DNA from: an uncultured Staphylococcaceae bacterium
GTDB taxonomy: Bacteria > Bacillota_I > Bacilli_A > RFN20 > CAG-826
DNA: 64,000 nt
NCBI GenBank assembly: GCA_964410505.1
Contig: CAYPGR010000003.1
Span: 31,809 to 95,808, forward strand
Direction: 5' to 3'
Part shown: in pieces, positions 29,358 to 39,088 of the stretch
Position numbering within the stretch: the first letter of the stretch is position 1
Layout: each line of letters begins with the position of its first letter
Made by a program: the position numbers and the translations under genes
Notes under the pieces: generated by a model
The model's database searches: none
Seen by the model: only the letters and a program-made list of their open reading frames with translations
What the model was told of the DNA's origin: nothing

Positions 29358-31223
29358 TTAGTTAAATCTCATCATTAATCTTTCTTTTATATAATCGTTT
29401 AGTGCTTTATCTTCACAAAAAATGAAACAACCTTTTTGACCTCGTGATAACAATGTTTTATATGTATTACGAATTATTCGATCAGCTAGTTCATAGTTTT
29501 TTGAAGACTTAATTCCTTTGAGGCTTGCGTCCGACTTAGCTCGCATTTTATAATCTGTGATAACGCGACCTTCTTCAAACCTCATATCTTTTCCGATGAT
29601 AATCCCGACATAGTCAAACTCTAAACCTTGTGCTGTGTGAATGCACCCCACTTCATCAAATGAATCTTCGTCAATCGCCCAAGTGCTTGTGGAAGAAAAG
29701 TTCCATTTAGCTTTAAATCCATTGATGAGATTAATGTCATAGAGTTGGTGAGTCGGTTTATTTTTCGTCACCCACTCATAACAATAGCCTGCAATCATCC
29801 TTGCTTTATTGTTGATATGGTTTAAGTTTCGTAATTCTTCTCTCATCAAAATAGGGTCATCAAAAACACGAATATCATAATCTAAATCGAAACCATCGTA
29901 GTTAGCAGTTTCTCTGATTCCTAGTAAATGATCTAAAAATGCAATATAACCATCACTACCATTACATCTAAATTGTGAGGTGAGTTTAAAGTCATCACCA
30001 CTAAAAACTTTACTACCAAGACGTTGCGCTTGTTTCTTAATTTCTAAAATACTGCCAAAATCCTTCGTAGTAACAATCTGATCCTCGTCGATGAAGAAGA
30101 CACTCACGCGTGCCGCATTAATGATTTCTCTAATTTGGTTTTCGCCTAAATTCATAAACATTCCCGATTTCTCGTTGAGTCGGTGCGCCTCATCTACAAC
30201 TAAGCAATCAAACTCATTTGGTTTCGAATCAACATAAGCTCCTGAGCCCTTAAACATATTTTTAACATAATTTAGCTTGTAATTTCCTTGTCGCATTTTG
30301 TTGAAATAGACATTTCGTGGAGCAGCATTCTTTGTAACATAATTAACCATCATACTCTTAAACTCTGCTAAAAGATTGATCGCAATTACACTTTTACCCG
30401 TTCCAGGTCCGCCCTCAACAATTACCGTATACTTATTATTTGTCTTAATAGCATCTTCAACTAACTTCTTAACGGTTGAAAAGACGACTTTTTGTTCATC
30501 AATCATATAAAATTCTTGATTACCAGCGATCATCGAAACAATCGCATCTTGAAGGGCTTTAGAAGGTCTAATTTTCCCATGATCAATTTGGTAAAGAACT
30601 TCACCATTGTCAGATTTTGAAACATATTTCTTAATGAACTCTCTTAATTTTAATACGTCTCTTTTTAAATACATCGGTGAAACTTCCAAAATATCTTTAT
30701 ATAGATCGTTGTCGAGTTCATGTCTGAACTCTTCTCGAAAGTTATGTAAAAAACAGCAAGGATACAATTGAATTTCACTATTTTGAACGAATTCATTATA
30801 ATTTTCGATTGTCTTGGCGTATGAATAAGCTTGATAAGAAGGATGCGTAACTGCACGCATTGAACCGGCCAGGAATGTCGTTACAATGTCTTTACGACTC
30901 GTTCTTTGAGCTTCTTCCCATTGCTTTAATTCAACAATAACAACATTACTATTATCTGACTCATCTTTTCCGGAAATAATAAAATCGACTCTTTTTGAAG
31001 TAGCAGGAATTTGATATTCAATCGCCACGCGAATGTCTGTATTAATCTCATTAAAATCTAACACATTTTTCATATGTAAAAGAGAGTTGTCCCAAGCACG
31101 AAACTCAGATTCGTTATTGTTTATGATGCTTCGTTTTCTTAGTTCGGATTTAATTAATTCGGCAATAATCCCATTATCAACATCACTACTAAACTTTGCA
31201 ATTGTTCCTGAGTATACAATCAT
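29358..31223 (-). CDS. DUF2075-like protein: an N-terminal PD-(D/E)xK nuclease fold fused to a P-loop SF1-type helicase/ATPase
   Basis: RVDFIISGKD...VVIVELKQW (D...ExK). Walker A GGPGTGKS. Walker B LVVDEAH. C-terminal HTAQGLEFDYV, an SF1 motif VI-like sequence. Confidence 0.65.
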   Translation of the reverse strand: MIVYSGTIAKFSSDVDNGIIAELIKSELRKRSIINNNESEFRAWDNSLLHMKNVLDFNEINTDIRVAIEYQIPATSKRVDFIISGKDESDNSNVVIVELKQWEEAQRTSRKDIVTTFLAGSMRAVTHPSYQAYSYAKTIENYNEFVQNSEIQLYPCCFLHNFREEFRHELDNDLYKDILEVSPMYLKRDVLKLREFIKKYVSKSDNGEVLYQIDHGKIRPSKALQDAIVSMIAGNQEFYMIDEQKVVFSTVKKLVEDAIKTNNKYTVIVEGGPGTGKSVIAINLLAEFKSMMVNYVTKNAAPRNVYFNKMRQGNYKLNYVKNMFKGSGAYVDSKPNEFDCLVVDEAHRLNEKSGMFMNLGENQIREIINAARVSVFFIDEDQIVTTKDFGSILEIKKQAQRLGSKVFSGDDFKLTSQFRCNGSDGYIAFLDHLLGIRETANYDGFDLDYDIRVFDDPILMREELRNLNHINNKARMIAGYCYEWVTKNKPTHQLYDINLINGFKAKWNFSSTSTWAIDEDSFDEVGCIHTAQGLEFDYVGIIIGKDMRFEEGRVITDYKMRAKSDASLKGIKSSKNYELADRIIRNTYKTLLSRGQKGCFIFCEDKALNDYIKERLMMRFN

Positions 31224-31336
31224 TTGGTGTTCCTCTTATTTATTCGCATATAATTGTATTCATTTTATCACCAAAAAACCATTTGGCCTAACATCAAAAT
31301 GATACCGTCCTATTGATGACTATACTTTCATTCAAT

Positions 31337-32527
31337 TTACACTAAAAATCCTATCACTGCCGCTAAAACAATAATAAACGGTGCCGGTATCTTCTTTGAA
31401 AATAACAGCAAGGCACTACCAAGCACAACAACATAATTTAGTATGTTACCCGAAAGGGCAATTGATTGATTAATACCCGTTATCACTAATAAACTGGCAG
31501 CGGTCACACTGACGCCTATTAAAAAGTATTTCACCTGTGGGATAAGGCGACTCTTCTTCCAAAGCGGAAAGATAAAAAATACAAGTAAGGTTCCGGGTAA
31601 GAATATACTTAGTCCACCGACAAGACCTGCAAGGAAACTCAAATTGGTCCCTGCAAAAGACCTCGCACTCACAAATGAAGCAAAGCTAAATAATGGTCCG
31701 GGTATTGCTTGATCAATCGCATATCCAGCTAAAAAGTCATTAAGGCTAATCAAGGATTGACTCACCACTAAATCTTGAATCATTAAAGGGACAACAATTT
31801 GACCACCCCCAATGACAGAGTAGCCGTAACGATAAAATGAGGTATATAAAATCAACCAATCACTTTCGAATAGAAGAATTAAACCTTCATTAAGTAGTGC
31901 TAAGAAAACAACAATCAAAAGAATCATCCAACGGGGCTTTTCAATCTTAAGGGATGACTTTTCGTTTAGATGCGGTAAAAGATAGATCCCGCCTCCTGTT
32001 AATAATAAAAGCGGGACAACCCACATTGAATAGGGCACTAAAAAGAAGCTAAGCGCAATCATCACACCATAAAGGATTAAGTCATATTTTCTTTTTATGA
32101 CTTTAAGCGACAACTTAATAGCGGCATAAACAATAAAGCCAACGGCGGCCGCTGGTAAATAAGTTAAGATTGGTTTCCATGTCTCATTATCGGCTATTAT
32201 CCCAAAAAAGACACCAAATAAAGTCATGATGATAATCGCGGGAAGGGCCCATACTAAAAAAGTTAGTAAGGCCAACACCGGTCCCCCAACATAGTAACCA
32301 GTAGCCGTAATCGTTTGGGTGCTACTCGGTCCAGGAACGAGGGCATATAAGCCGATCATTTCGCCAAGTTCTTCTTCACTCAGATAGTTACGTTTCGTAA
32401 CGAGAATCGACGAAAAGACACCATAATGGGCTTCAGGTCCGCCATAAGAGCCTAGTGAGCACATCATGACGTCTTTTAAGAAAGTTGACCATTTTACTTT
32501 TGTTATTTGATCCATTTTAAATACCAC
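31337..32527 (-). CDS. chrA: chromate ion transporter (CHR family, two-domain)
   Basis: CHR domain signature GGPEAHYGVF...VPGPSS. About 12 TM helices. The start is more likely the second Met (MDQITK, at 32515). Confidence 0.75.
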   Translation of the reverse strand: MVFKMDQITKVKWSTFLKDVMMCSLGSYGGPEAHYGVFSSILVTKRNYLSEEELGEMIGLYALVPGPSSTQTITATGYYVGGPVLALLTFLVWALPAIIIMTLFGVFFGIIADNETWKPILTYLPAAAVGFIVYAAIKLSLKVIKRKYDLILYGVMIALSFFLVPYSMWVVPLLLLTGGGIYLLPHLNEKSSLKIEKPRWMILLIVVFLALLNEGLILLFESDWLILYTSFYRYGYSVIGGGQIVVPLMIQDLVVSQSLISLNDFLAGYAIDQAIPGPLFSFASFVSARSFAGTNLSFLAGLVGGLSIFLPGTLLVFFIFPLWKKSRLIPQVKYFLIGVSVTAASLLVITGINQSIALSGNILNYVVVLGSALLLFSKKIPAPFIIVLAAVIGFLV

Positions 32528-32594
32528 TATCTAAAAGATAGCGGATATCCACGCCTTCAGTGATCAAAATGCATTATCGAAGGTAAGACAAGGG

Positions 32595-33389
32595 TTAACT
32601 CCCTGCACTTTCATAACGGGATAATCCTTTCTTCCAGATGAAGAGAGATAAGATTATCATCGCAGTACTTGCAATAGCCACATAAAGGGTGACAAGCCAA
32701 ATATTCTCATTAAATAAAAGGGCCTTGATTGGTAAGAAGATGACCACCGAGAAAGGTAAGATGTAGGTTAATAGAATACGGATAAAACGGTTAAAAATAT
32801 CAATCGGATATTTAGCAAAATTAGAAAACCCATAAACAAGGGTCATGACTTCAATACTCCGTTTTGTCCAAAATGAAAGTGAACCAAAGATAAGTTTGAT
32901 GGCGAAGAAAAAACCCATCGCGAACATGACACATAAAAGAAGGGCGATGACTTTGCCGAAGGTCCAACTTATCACTAGTTGCGGGGTGAAAATCGAAAGA
33001 AAGATAATCCCTAAGATTAGTTCCCCGAATCCTTCAAGTTGAATCATTTCCGTAACCAGTTGAAAAAGCGGATTAAGCGGTTTAATTAAGTACTTATCTA
33101 GAATACCGCGGGTAATGCCGCCATTCGCGAGCATCCATATTTGATCACTTAAGATATGATCAAGCGCTTTCGGTATAAGATAGAACCCGTATAAGAAGCC
33201 CATCATATTAATGTTCCAACCGTTGAGCGAAGGAATCGCACTAATCGTTAAATAGAGGGTTGAAAAGGTAATCACATTCTCAATAAGGAAGCCAAAAATG
33301 CCGATAAAAGCATCAAATCGGTAGGCGAGACGCGCCTTGATACTACGGGATACATAAAGGGGATATAACTTAAAATATTTTTTCATCAC
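32595..33389 (-). CDS. ABC-2 family transporter permease
   Basis: Six TM helices. Operon with the ATPase below. Confidence 0.55.
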   Translation of the reverse strand: MMKKYFKLYPLYVSRSIKARLAYRFDAFIGIFGFLIENVITFSTLYLTISAIPSLNGWNINMMGFLYGFYLIPKALDHILSDQIWMLANGGITRGILDKYLIKPLNPLFQLVTEMIQLEGFGELILGIIFLSIFTPQLVISWTFGKVIALLLCVMFAMGFFFAIKLIFGSLSFWTKRSIEVMTLVYGFSNFAKYPIDIFNRFIRILLTYILPFSVVIFLPIKALLFNENIWLVTLYVAIASTAMIILSLFIWKKGLSRYESAGS

Positions 33390-34238
33390 TTAACCACCAA
33401 CACTCACAACCCATTTTTTGAGTTTGTTAAAAGAGACGTTGCATAAAAGATTTAGAATAATGACCCACATAATTTGAATGGCGAATGCTTTAACAATCTC
33501 CACGGGACTTAACTTTCCTAAAAAAATCATAATTGGTTTTTCAATCATACTTTGAAAAGGCAAGAAGTTTAATATTTGGGTTAGCCAATCTGGAAAATAG
33601 GATGAGGGTAAAAGACTACCAGAAAGAAATGAAAAGAGAATATTTTTCATGAGCATAAGCCCAAAGAGGGCATTTGTAAATATTGCAATCTCTCCAATTA
33701 AGAAATTAAGGGCGTCGGCAATCACAAACGAAAGCACCGCGCTTAATAAAAATAAACCCGTATATATAAGTCCTGGAAACGGTAACCCTAAAGTCACATT
33801 TAGTAAGATGATTGAAATAATCCAAAGCGGAATAAACATTAAGATTGCACTGCTTAAGAAGTTACCAAAGCTTGACGCCAATAAGCGATAACGATAGTTA
33901 ATGGGTCGAACCAAACTAATGGCAATATTACCTTCGTAGATATCTTCACCAATAATCCAAAATGACGAACTTGCAAATACAAGCGACGTCGCGACCCGGG
34001 CGTAAATAAGATAGGCAATCATATCATTAAACGTCATCCCGTTAATAACATCGGTTGGCGAATTTGAGTAGATGGCTTTCCACAAGAAATACAAGATAAG
34101 AAGCGATATGACATCACCTAATAACCAACCAAGGGCACTAAACTTATAGGCGAAGCCGTCCAAGATCCCAGCTTTAGAAAAGGCCAAATACTTTTTAAGC
34201 TTGTTTCGTTTCATATATTTTTTTAACAATACTTTCAA
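33390..34238 (-). CDS. ABC-2 family transporter permease
   Basis: Six TM helices. Adjacent to the ATPase. Confidence 0.55.
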   Translation of the reverse strand: MKVLLKKYMKRNKLKKYLAFSKAGILDGFAYKFSALGWLLGDVISLLILYFLWKAIYSNSPTDVINGMTFNDMIAYLIYARVATSLVFASSSFWIIGEDIYEGNIAISLVRPINYRYRLLASSFGNFLSSAILMFIPLWIISIILLNVTLGLPFPGLIYTGLFLLSAVLSFVIADALNFLIGEIAIFTNALFGLMLMKNILFSFLSGSLLPSSYFPDWLTQILNFLPFQSMIEKPIMIFLGKLSPVEIVKAFAIQIMWVIILNLLCNVSFNKLKKWVVSVGG

Positions 34239-35196
34239 GCGAGTTTTCTTGGATTTGCATATCCTCCACGCTGTAATTATCTAGAATTGTTTTGAGGACT
34301 TTATTAATATTAATATCTTTTGCTTCAAAAGTAATATGGGCATATCCATTCACGTCTTCTACCGTGCAGTACTTCCCTAACTTTTCACGAAGCATGTCAA
34401 AATCAACTGGGATTGAGCTGAAAAAACTAATATGACGAATATCGCCGAACTTTTGTTTAATTTGTTTTATCGTCCCGTCATATAAGATGACCCCTTCATC
34501 AAGGATAATGACCCGTTCACAAAGATTGGTGATGTCATCCATATTATGGGTCGTTAAGACAATGGTTGTATTATAGGTCTTATGAATTTCTTTAATCGCT
34601 TTAATCATGCGATCTTTGACTAAGACATCTAAACCAATCGTTGGTTCATCTAAGAATAAGATCTTTGGATTATGAATTAAACTCGCCGCGAGATCAGCCC
34701 GCATCCGTTGCCCTAATGACAGCGTCCGCACGGGTTGATTAATAAAAGAATCGAGTTCAAGGACTTCTTTTAAAAAGGTTAGGCGACTCTCGTAATCACT
34801 TTCACTCACATCATAAATTTCTTTTAAAATAAAAAGGGATTCCACGAGCGGAAGATCCCACCAAAGTTGGGTTCGCTGTCCAAAAACAACCCCGATATTA
34901 TGGAGGACACTTCTTCTTTGTTTCGGGTGATATGGTTTATAGCCATCAATGAGGATATCGCCACTCGTTGGGGTTAAGATTCCGCACATCATTTTGATGG
35001 TCGTCGATTTACCCGCGCCATTTGCGCCGATGTAACCAACGATTTCTCCCATCTCTAAGGAAAACGAAATATCTTTAACTGCTTCAATGGTTGTGGACTT
35101 CATACTGAATAGTGTTTTAAACATACCTACAATACCGGGTTTACGGACTGGACGTTTAAAATTCTTTTTTGCTGATTTGACTTCAATAATAGGCAT
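34195..35196 (-). CDS. ABC transporter ATP-binding protein
   Basis: Walker A GANGAGKST, signature LSLGQRMR and Walker B LFLDEPT. AAGGAAG RBS before MPIIEVK. The track ORF extends further upstream. Confidence 0.8.
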   Translation of the reverse strand: MPIIEVKSAKKNFKRPVRKPGIVGMFKTLFSMKSTTIEAVKDISFSLEMGEIVGYIGANGAGKSTTIKMMCGILTPTSGDILIDGYKPYHPKQRRSVLHNIGVVFGQRTQLWWDLPLVESLFILKEIYDVSESDYESRLTFLKEVLELDSFINQPVRTLSLGQRMRADLAASLIHNPKILFLDEPTIGLDVLVKDRMIKAIKEIHKTYNTTIVLTTHNMDDITNLCERVIILDEGVILYDGTIKQIKQKFGDIRHISFFSSIPVDFDMLREKLGKYCTVEDVNGYAHITFEAKDININKVLKTILDNYSVEDMQIQENSLESIVKKIYETKQA

Positions 35197-35393
35197 ATTA
35201 ATACTTCCTTTATTTGGCCATATAATTATATCAAGTCTACTCCGTATTTTAAAAATAGCATTGTAAAATCTATAATAAATATGTTTTCTGTTCTTTGACA
35301 GACCTATTAAAGCAAAACAAACTTCTTTTCTCAACAGAAGGACACTATTTTAGAATAGATGAATCTCAAGATTCTTAAGATTGACTAGGATGT

Positions 35394-36266
35394 TTATTCA
35401 ATTTCTTCGTAATAATATGAAGTATCAACGCCTTTTAAAAATAGTTCTCTATTGTCAATCTCATCAGTCAAAGCGTTTTTAAGTATTCTTTTAATGTCCT
35501 CATCACTATTTGGACTAAGAGTCATCGCATCTAAATATTCTTTTTTCTCAATTTTTGACCAATCAACACAAACGCTCAATTCTTTCTTAAAGATTAAATC
35601 GACCCAAATACGTGTTGCCCGACCATTACCTTCCATGAAAGGGTGTGCAACATTCATTTCAATATATTTATTAACAATTTCATCAAATGTTGATTGCGGC
35701 ATTTTTTCAATTTCTCCTAAAATTTGAGGTAGAAAATCACCATTTGCAAAAACAAAACCACCTTTAGAAATCGTTTTGGTCCTTATCTTTCCAGCGAATG
35801 GGTATAGACCTTCAAATAGAAACGCATGTATTTTTAGGAGGCTGATTGTTTTCCCAATTTCATCATCTTGAATAAGATTTGATTTGAACACTTCATAGGC
35901 TTTTCTTTTGCTTTGCTCATCAAGGGGATCTAACATTCCGGTTAGCCAATTTTGAACAGCTAATTTATGTTTGGATGGCATGATTGTTACAAATAGACGC
36001 ACACCTTCTTCATTCATAACATCCGATAGGTATTTCTTGTTATCAGCAGCATATAATTTCAGTTGTCCACAAAATGAAGTCAACTCAGGATGTCTCATTT
36101 TAAACATGTTCCAATATCTTCTAGCATCACTAGAATCTAAAAGCACTTTTGTTAAATCAACAGCGGAGTACCACCATTGAGATTTGTCATGATCCCAAAC
36201 AGCTCTAACTGGTTGATTATTAAAATAGCGAATGGAATGTTTTATCATAATTAGATGATATAACAA
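35394..36266 (-). CDS. Fic-family protein (AMPylase fold) with an N-terminal Bro-N-like domain
   Basis: Fic motif HPFMEGNGRATR. N-terminus IRYFNNQPVRAVWDHDKSQWWYSAVDLTKVL resembles Bro-N. The annotated start is a TTG; an ATG lies 18 nt downstream. Confidence 0.7.
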   Translation of the reverse strand: MLYHLIMIKHSIRYFNNQPVRAVWDHDKSQWWYSAVDLTKVLLDSSDARRYWNMFKMRHPELTSFCGQLKLYAADNKKYLSDVMNEEGVRLFVTIMPSKHKLAVQNWLTGMLDPLDEQSKRKAYEVFKSNLIQDDEIGKTISLLKIHAFLFEGLYPFAGKIRTKTISKGGFVFANGDFLPQILGEIEKMPQSTFDEIVNKYIEMNVAHPFMEGNGRATRIWVDLIFKKELSVCVDWSKIEKKEYLDAMTLSPNSDEDIKRILKNALTDEIDNRELFLKGVDTSYYYEEIE

Positions 36267-36300
36267 ACATTTTCAGTTGTCCACAAAATGTTGACAACTC

Positions 36301-36336
36301 AAATAAAAAAACAGGCCGATTGAATCAAGCCTGTTT
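36301..36336 (-). terminator. minus-strand intrinsic terminator upstream of fic
   Basis: AACAGGC-12 nt loop-GCCTGTT with TTTTTTTATTT on the minus strand. Confidence 0.45.
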
Positions 36337-36892
36337 AATCTAATGGAATTGTGTGACAGAAACGATTCAAAATCTAATTTGCGTTATTGAGAGTGATTGT
36401 GCTCCTCCCCTGGTCAACCTCCAATGTTTACAGGGGAACAATGTTGATTATGATGGCTATGACTATAGAAAATCGTTCTAGAGTCTAAAAAAATCCTCAA
36501 AAAAAGAAAAAAGTGTCCAAATAAAAAAAGGACTGATATTTATATATCAATCCAATCTCTCATTTTTGGAACCACACGTTTAGTTTGATACTTTGAATAC
36601 CCTAATAATTAACGAGTGAATACCTCTAGAACTATGATTCTTTTTTGACGCTATTTGACATAAGTAACGAATTTACTTTAAGGTGAACTGATACCAAAAA
36701 CCTGTACTTTAACTTCCTTGTAATTACTACATGGTTTATAGATAAATCACTCTATACTCATAAATCCTTTAGCTGTAAATGCCATCATATAAATGTAGGA
36801 AATTGACGGTCGAAAATGTAGGTTTCTTACGGGTATGCTTTTCTTTTTGATAAACTTTTTCTAACTCACGATTAGAAAGGTTTAGAAATTAA

Positions 36893-38095
36893 ATGAGAAG
36901 AGACTTATATGAAAGGATGGTATTTATGAAAAACCATGGTGAAGAGCCAAATTATGCCGAACTAGCTCGCCGCTATAACTGCGACTATCGGACGGTAAAA
37001 CGCTACTTTGAGGGTGACGGATCACTCAAAGAGAGAAAAAAGAATCCGTCGAAACTTGATAAATTTAAAGAAATTATTGAGGATAAACTGGAACTTGGTT
37101 GTACGTATGCTTCAATCTATCACTTTATTAAAAAGCTTGGTTATGACGGTAAGTATACAATTGTTCGTGAATATGCGAATAAAGTGATAGTGATCAAAAC
37201 AAAGAAAGCAACCGTTCGTTTTGAAACGATGCCAGGATTACAAGCACAAGTTGATTGGAAAGAACACCTAACCATGATTAGTCGTGAAGGCGAGGTCTTC
37301 ACCGTGAATATCTTCCTTCTTGTTCTTGGTTATTCACGTTTAAAATTTCTAAAGCTGACCCTTGACCGTAATCAAGACACTCTAAAGGAGGCGCTGGTAG
37401 AAGGGTTCAAGTATATAGGTGGAATTCCAAAAGAGATTCTCTTCGATAATATGAAAACTGTGATTGATCAAAGTCGTTCGCACTTCATGGACGCGGTTGT
37501 TAACGAGGACTTCTACGCCTTTAGTAAGGATATGGGTTTCGAGGTAATTGCTTGTCGCGCTTATCGCCCCGAAACAAAGGGAAAAGTTGAAGCACTCGCT
37601 AAGTTTACAAGCCGCCTTCAACCTTACAACCACGACTTTGTTTCCCTTGATGAATTAAATGAAATTGTCAAAATGGTCAATGATGACATAAATCACGAAA
37701 TATCCCAAGCGACAAACGAAATCCCTCTCACTCGTCATAAAAATGAAAAAGAATACTTATTACCCTTACCACGCGCTGAACTTCTTCTTAACTTCCTTAC
37801 TAAACCACTAACAAGAATCGTTACGAAGGAGTCACTCATTACGTATCAGAATAACAAATATTCCTTGCCCCCTTATTATATCGGAAAAACTTTAACGATT
37901 AAACCATCCGCTGTTAACCTCGATATTTTTGATAACGGTGTCCTCATTATGCGCCACCCCCTCTCAAATAAAAAATACAACTACAAAAAAGAACATTATA
38001 TTGAAATTCTTAAAAGTGATGCCCTCCCCTTTAAAAATGATGATGATATTAATCGCATCGCCGAAAAGAATTTAAAACTCTACGATAATCTCTAA
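36893..38095 (+). CDS. istA: IS21-family transposase IstA
   Basis: N-terminal HTH (ELARRYNCDYRTVKRYF). DDE region typical of IstA. Confidence 0.8.
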   Translation: MRRDLYERMVFMKNHGEEPNYAELARRYNCDYRTVKRYFEGDGSLKERKKNPSKLDKFKEIIEDKLELGCTYASIYHFIKKLGYDGKYTIVREYANKVIVIKTKKATVRFETMPGLQAQVDWKEHLTMISREGEVFTVNIFLLVLGYSRLKFLKLTLDRNQDTLKEALVEGFKYIGGIPKEILFDNMKTVIDQSRSHFMDAVVNEDFYAFSKDMGFEVIACRAYRPETKGKVEALAKFTSRLQPYNHDFVSLDELNEIVKMVNDDINHEISQATNEIPLTRHKNEKEYLLPLPRAELLLNFLTKPLTRIVTKESLITYQNNKYSLPPYYIGKTLTIKPSAVNLDIFDNGVLIMRHPLSNKKYNYKKEHYIEILKSDALPFKNDDDINRIAEKNLKLYDNL

Positions 38096-38112
38096 AAGGA
38101 AAGAACACCAAA

Positions 38113-38868
38113 ATGTCCCATTATAATCAACTTATTAATAATTTAGATAACCTTAAACTCTTGAAAATGCGCGAACTCCTTCCCGCTTATCTTGATGATG
38201 CTATTATTAAAAACAAATCATTTGTTGATATTTTTAAAGAACTAACCGATCAAGAAGTTGCTTTCCGCGAAGAACGCGCACGCCTTATTAATCTTACTAT
38301 TTCGCATTTCCCCTATCACAAACGTCTCGATGATTTTGATTTTGGCTACCAACCGTCCATTAATAAAACCCAGATTCTCGATCTTGCTTCGCTTCGCTTT
38401 GTTGAACAGGTTGAAAATATCCTCCTTATCGGCAACTCCGGTGTCGGCAAAACGCACCTTGCTACCGCGCTTGGCATTGAAGCTTCCAGTAAACGCGTCT
38501 CGACCTATTTTATCCACTTTAATACACTCATGCAAAAGTTTAAAGTCGCCGCGAGTGAAGGTACCGTCGACAAAGTTGTTAAACATTATCTAAAATACAA
38601 ACTGCTTATCGTCGACGAAGTTGGCTATCTTCCTGTTGATAAAGATGCCGCGAATGGTTTCTTTCAGCTTGTCGCCGCTCGCTATGAAAGACGACCGCTA
38701 ATTATTACATCAAATTTACCACTTTCTAAATGGGGCGATGTCTTTGGTGATTATACAATCGCTAACGCTATTATTGATCGCCTTGTTCATCATTCTCACA
38801 TTATCAAAATAACCGGGCAATCCTACCGCATCAAAGGTAAACTCCAATTTGAAAATGACGAGGACTAG
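38113..38868 (+). CDS. istB: IS21-family helper ATPase IstB
   Basis: Walker A GNSGVGKTHLA and Walker B LLIVDEVGY. 17-nt spacing after istA. Confidence 0.85.
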   Translation: MSHYNQLINNLDNLKLLKMRELLPAYLDDAIIKNKSFVDIFKELTDQEVAFREERARLINLTISHFPYHKRLDDFDFGYQPSINKTQILDLASLRFVEQVENILLIGNSGVGKTHLATALGIEASSKRVSTYFIHFNTLMQKFKVAASEGTVDKVVKHYLKYKLLIVDEVGYLPVDKDAANGFFQLVAARYERRPLIITSNLPLSKWGDVFGDYTIANAIIDRLVHHSHIIKITGQSYRIKGKLQFENDED

Positions 38869-39088
38869 TCCTCGTCATTTACCTACATTTTCAACCGCTA
38901 TAAACCAACATAAATTTCTTGACAATTACAAATACGCACAGTTGTATAGACCGTTGGAATGAGCCCCATTAGCAATAAGGCAAGTAGGAGGCGGTAATTT
39001 ATTTTTTTAATTGATTTAGATATATTGCGCATCATTAATCTTTATTTTAGCAATGTATTTAAAGGAAAAATAGATATTTTTTTTATAG

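Larger units (their letters stand above)
36751..38950 (+). mobile_element. IS21-family insertion sequence (istA + istB); boundaries approximate
   Basis: Terminal inverted repeats: left tgtaaatgcc... at 36774, right ...gacaattaca ending at 38930. An outer tctatac/gtataga pair lies at 36751 and 38944. Multiple AAATGTAGG subterminal repeats at both ends. Confidence 0.7.

Noticed and set aside
36399-36425. Sequence gtgctcctcccctggtcaacctcc as a possible degenerate direct repeat (attR) of the tRNA-Leu 3' end
   Set aside because: The similarity to tggtgcctccggtcggactcgaacc is patchy and needs gaps. It is not convincing without a computed alignment.
36780-36830. Short repeated AAATGTAGG units, considered as a possible CRISPR-like or other repeat array
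   Set aside because: There are only two to three copies, located at the termini of an IS21 element. They match the known multi-site transposase-binding architecture of IS21 ends, and no spacer structure is present. No CRISPR array was found anywhere in the window.
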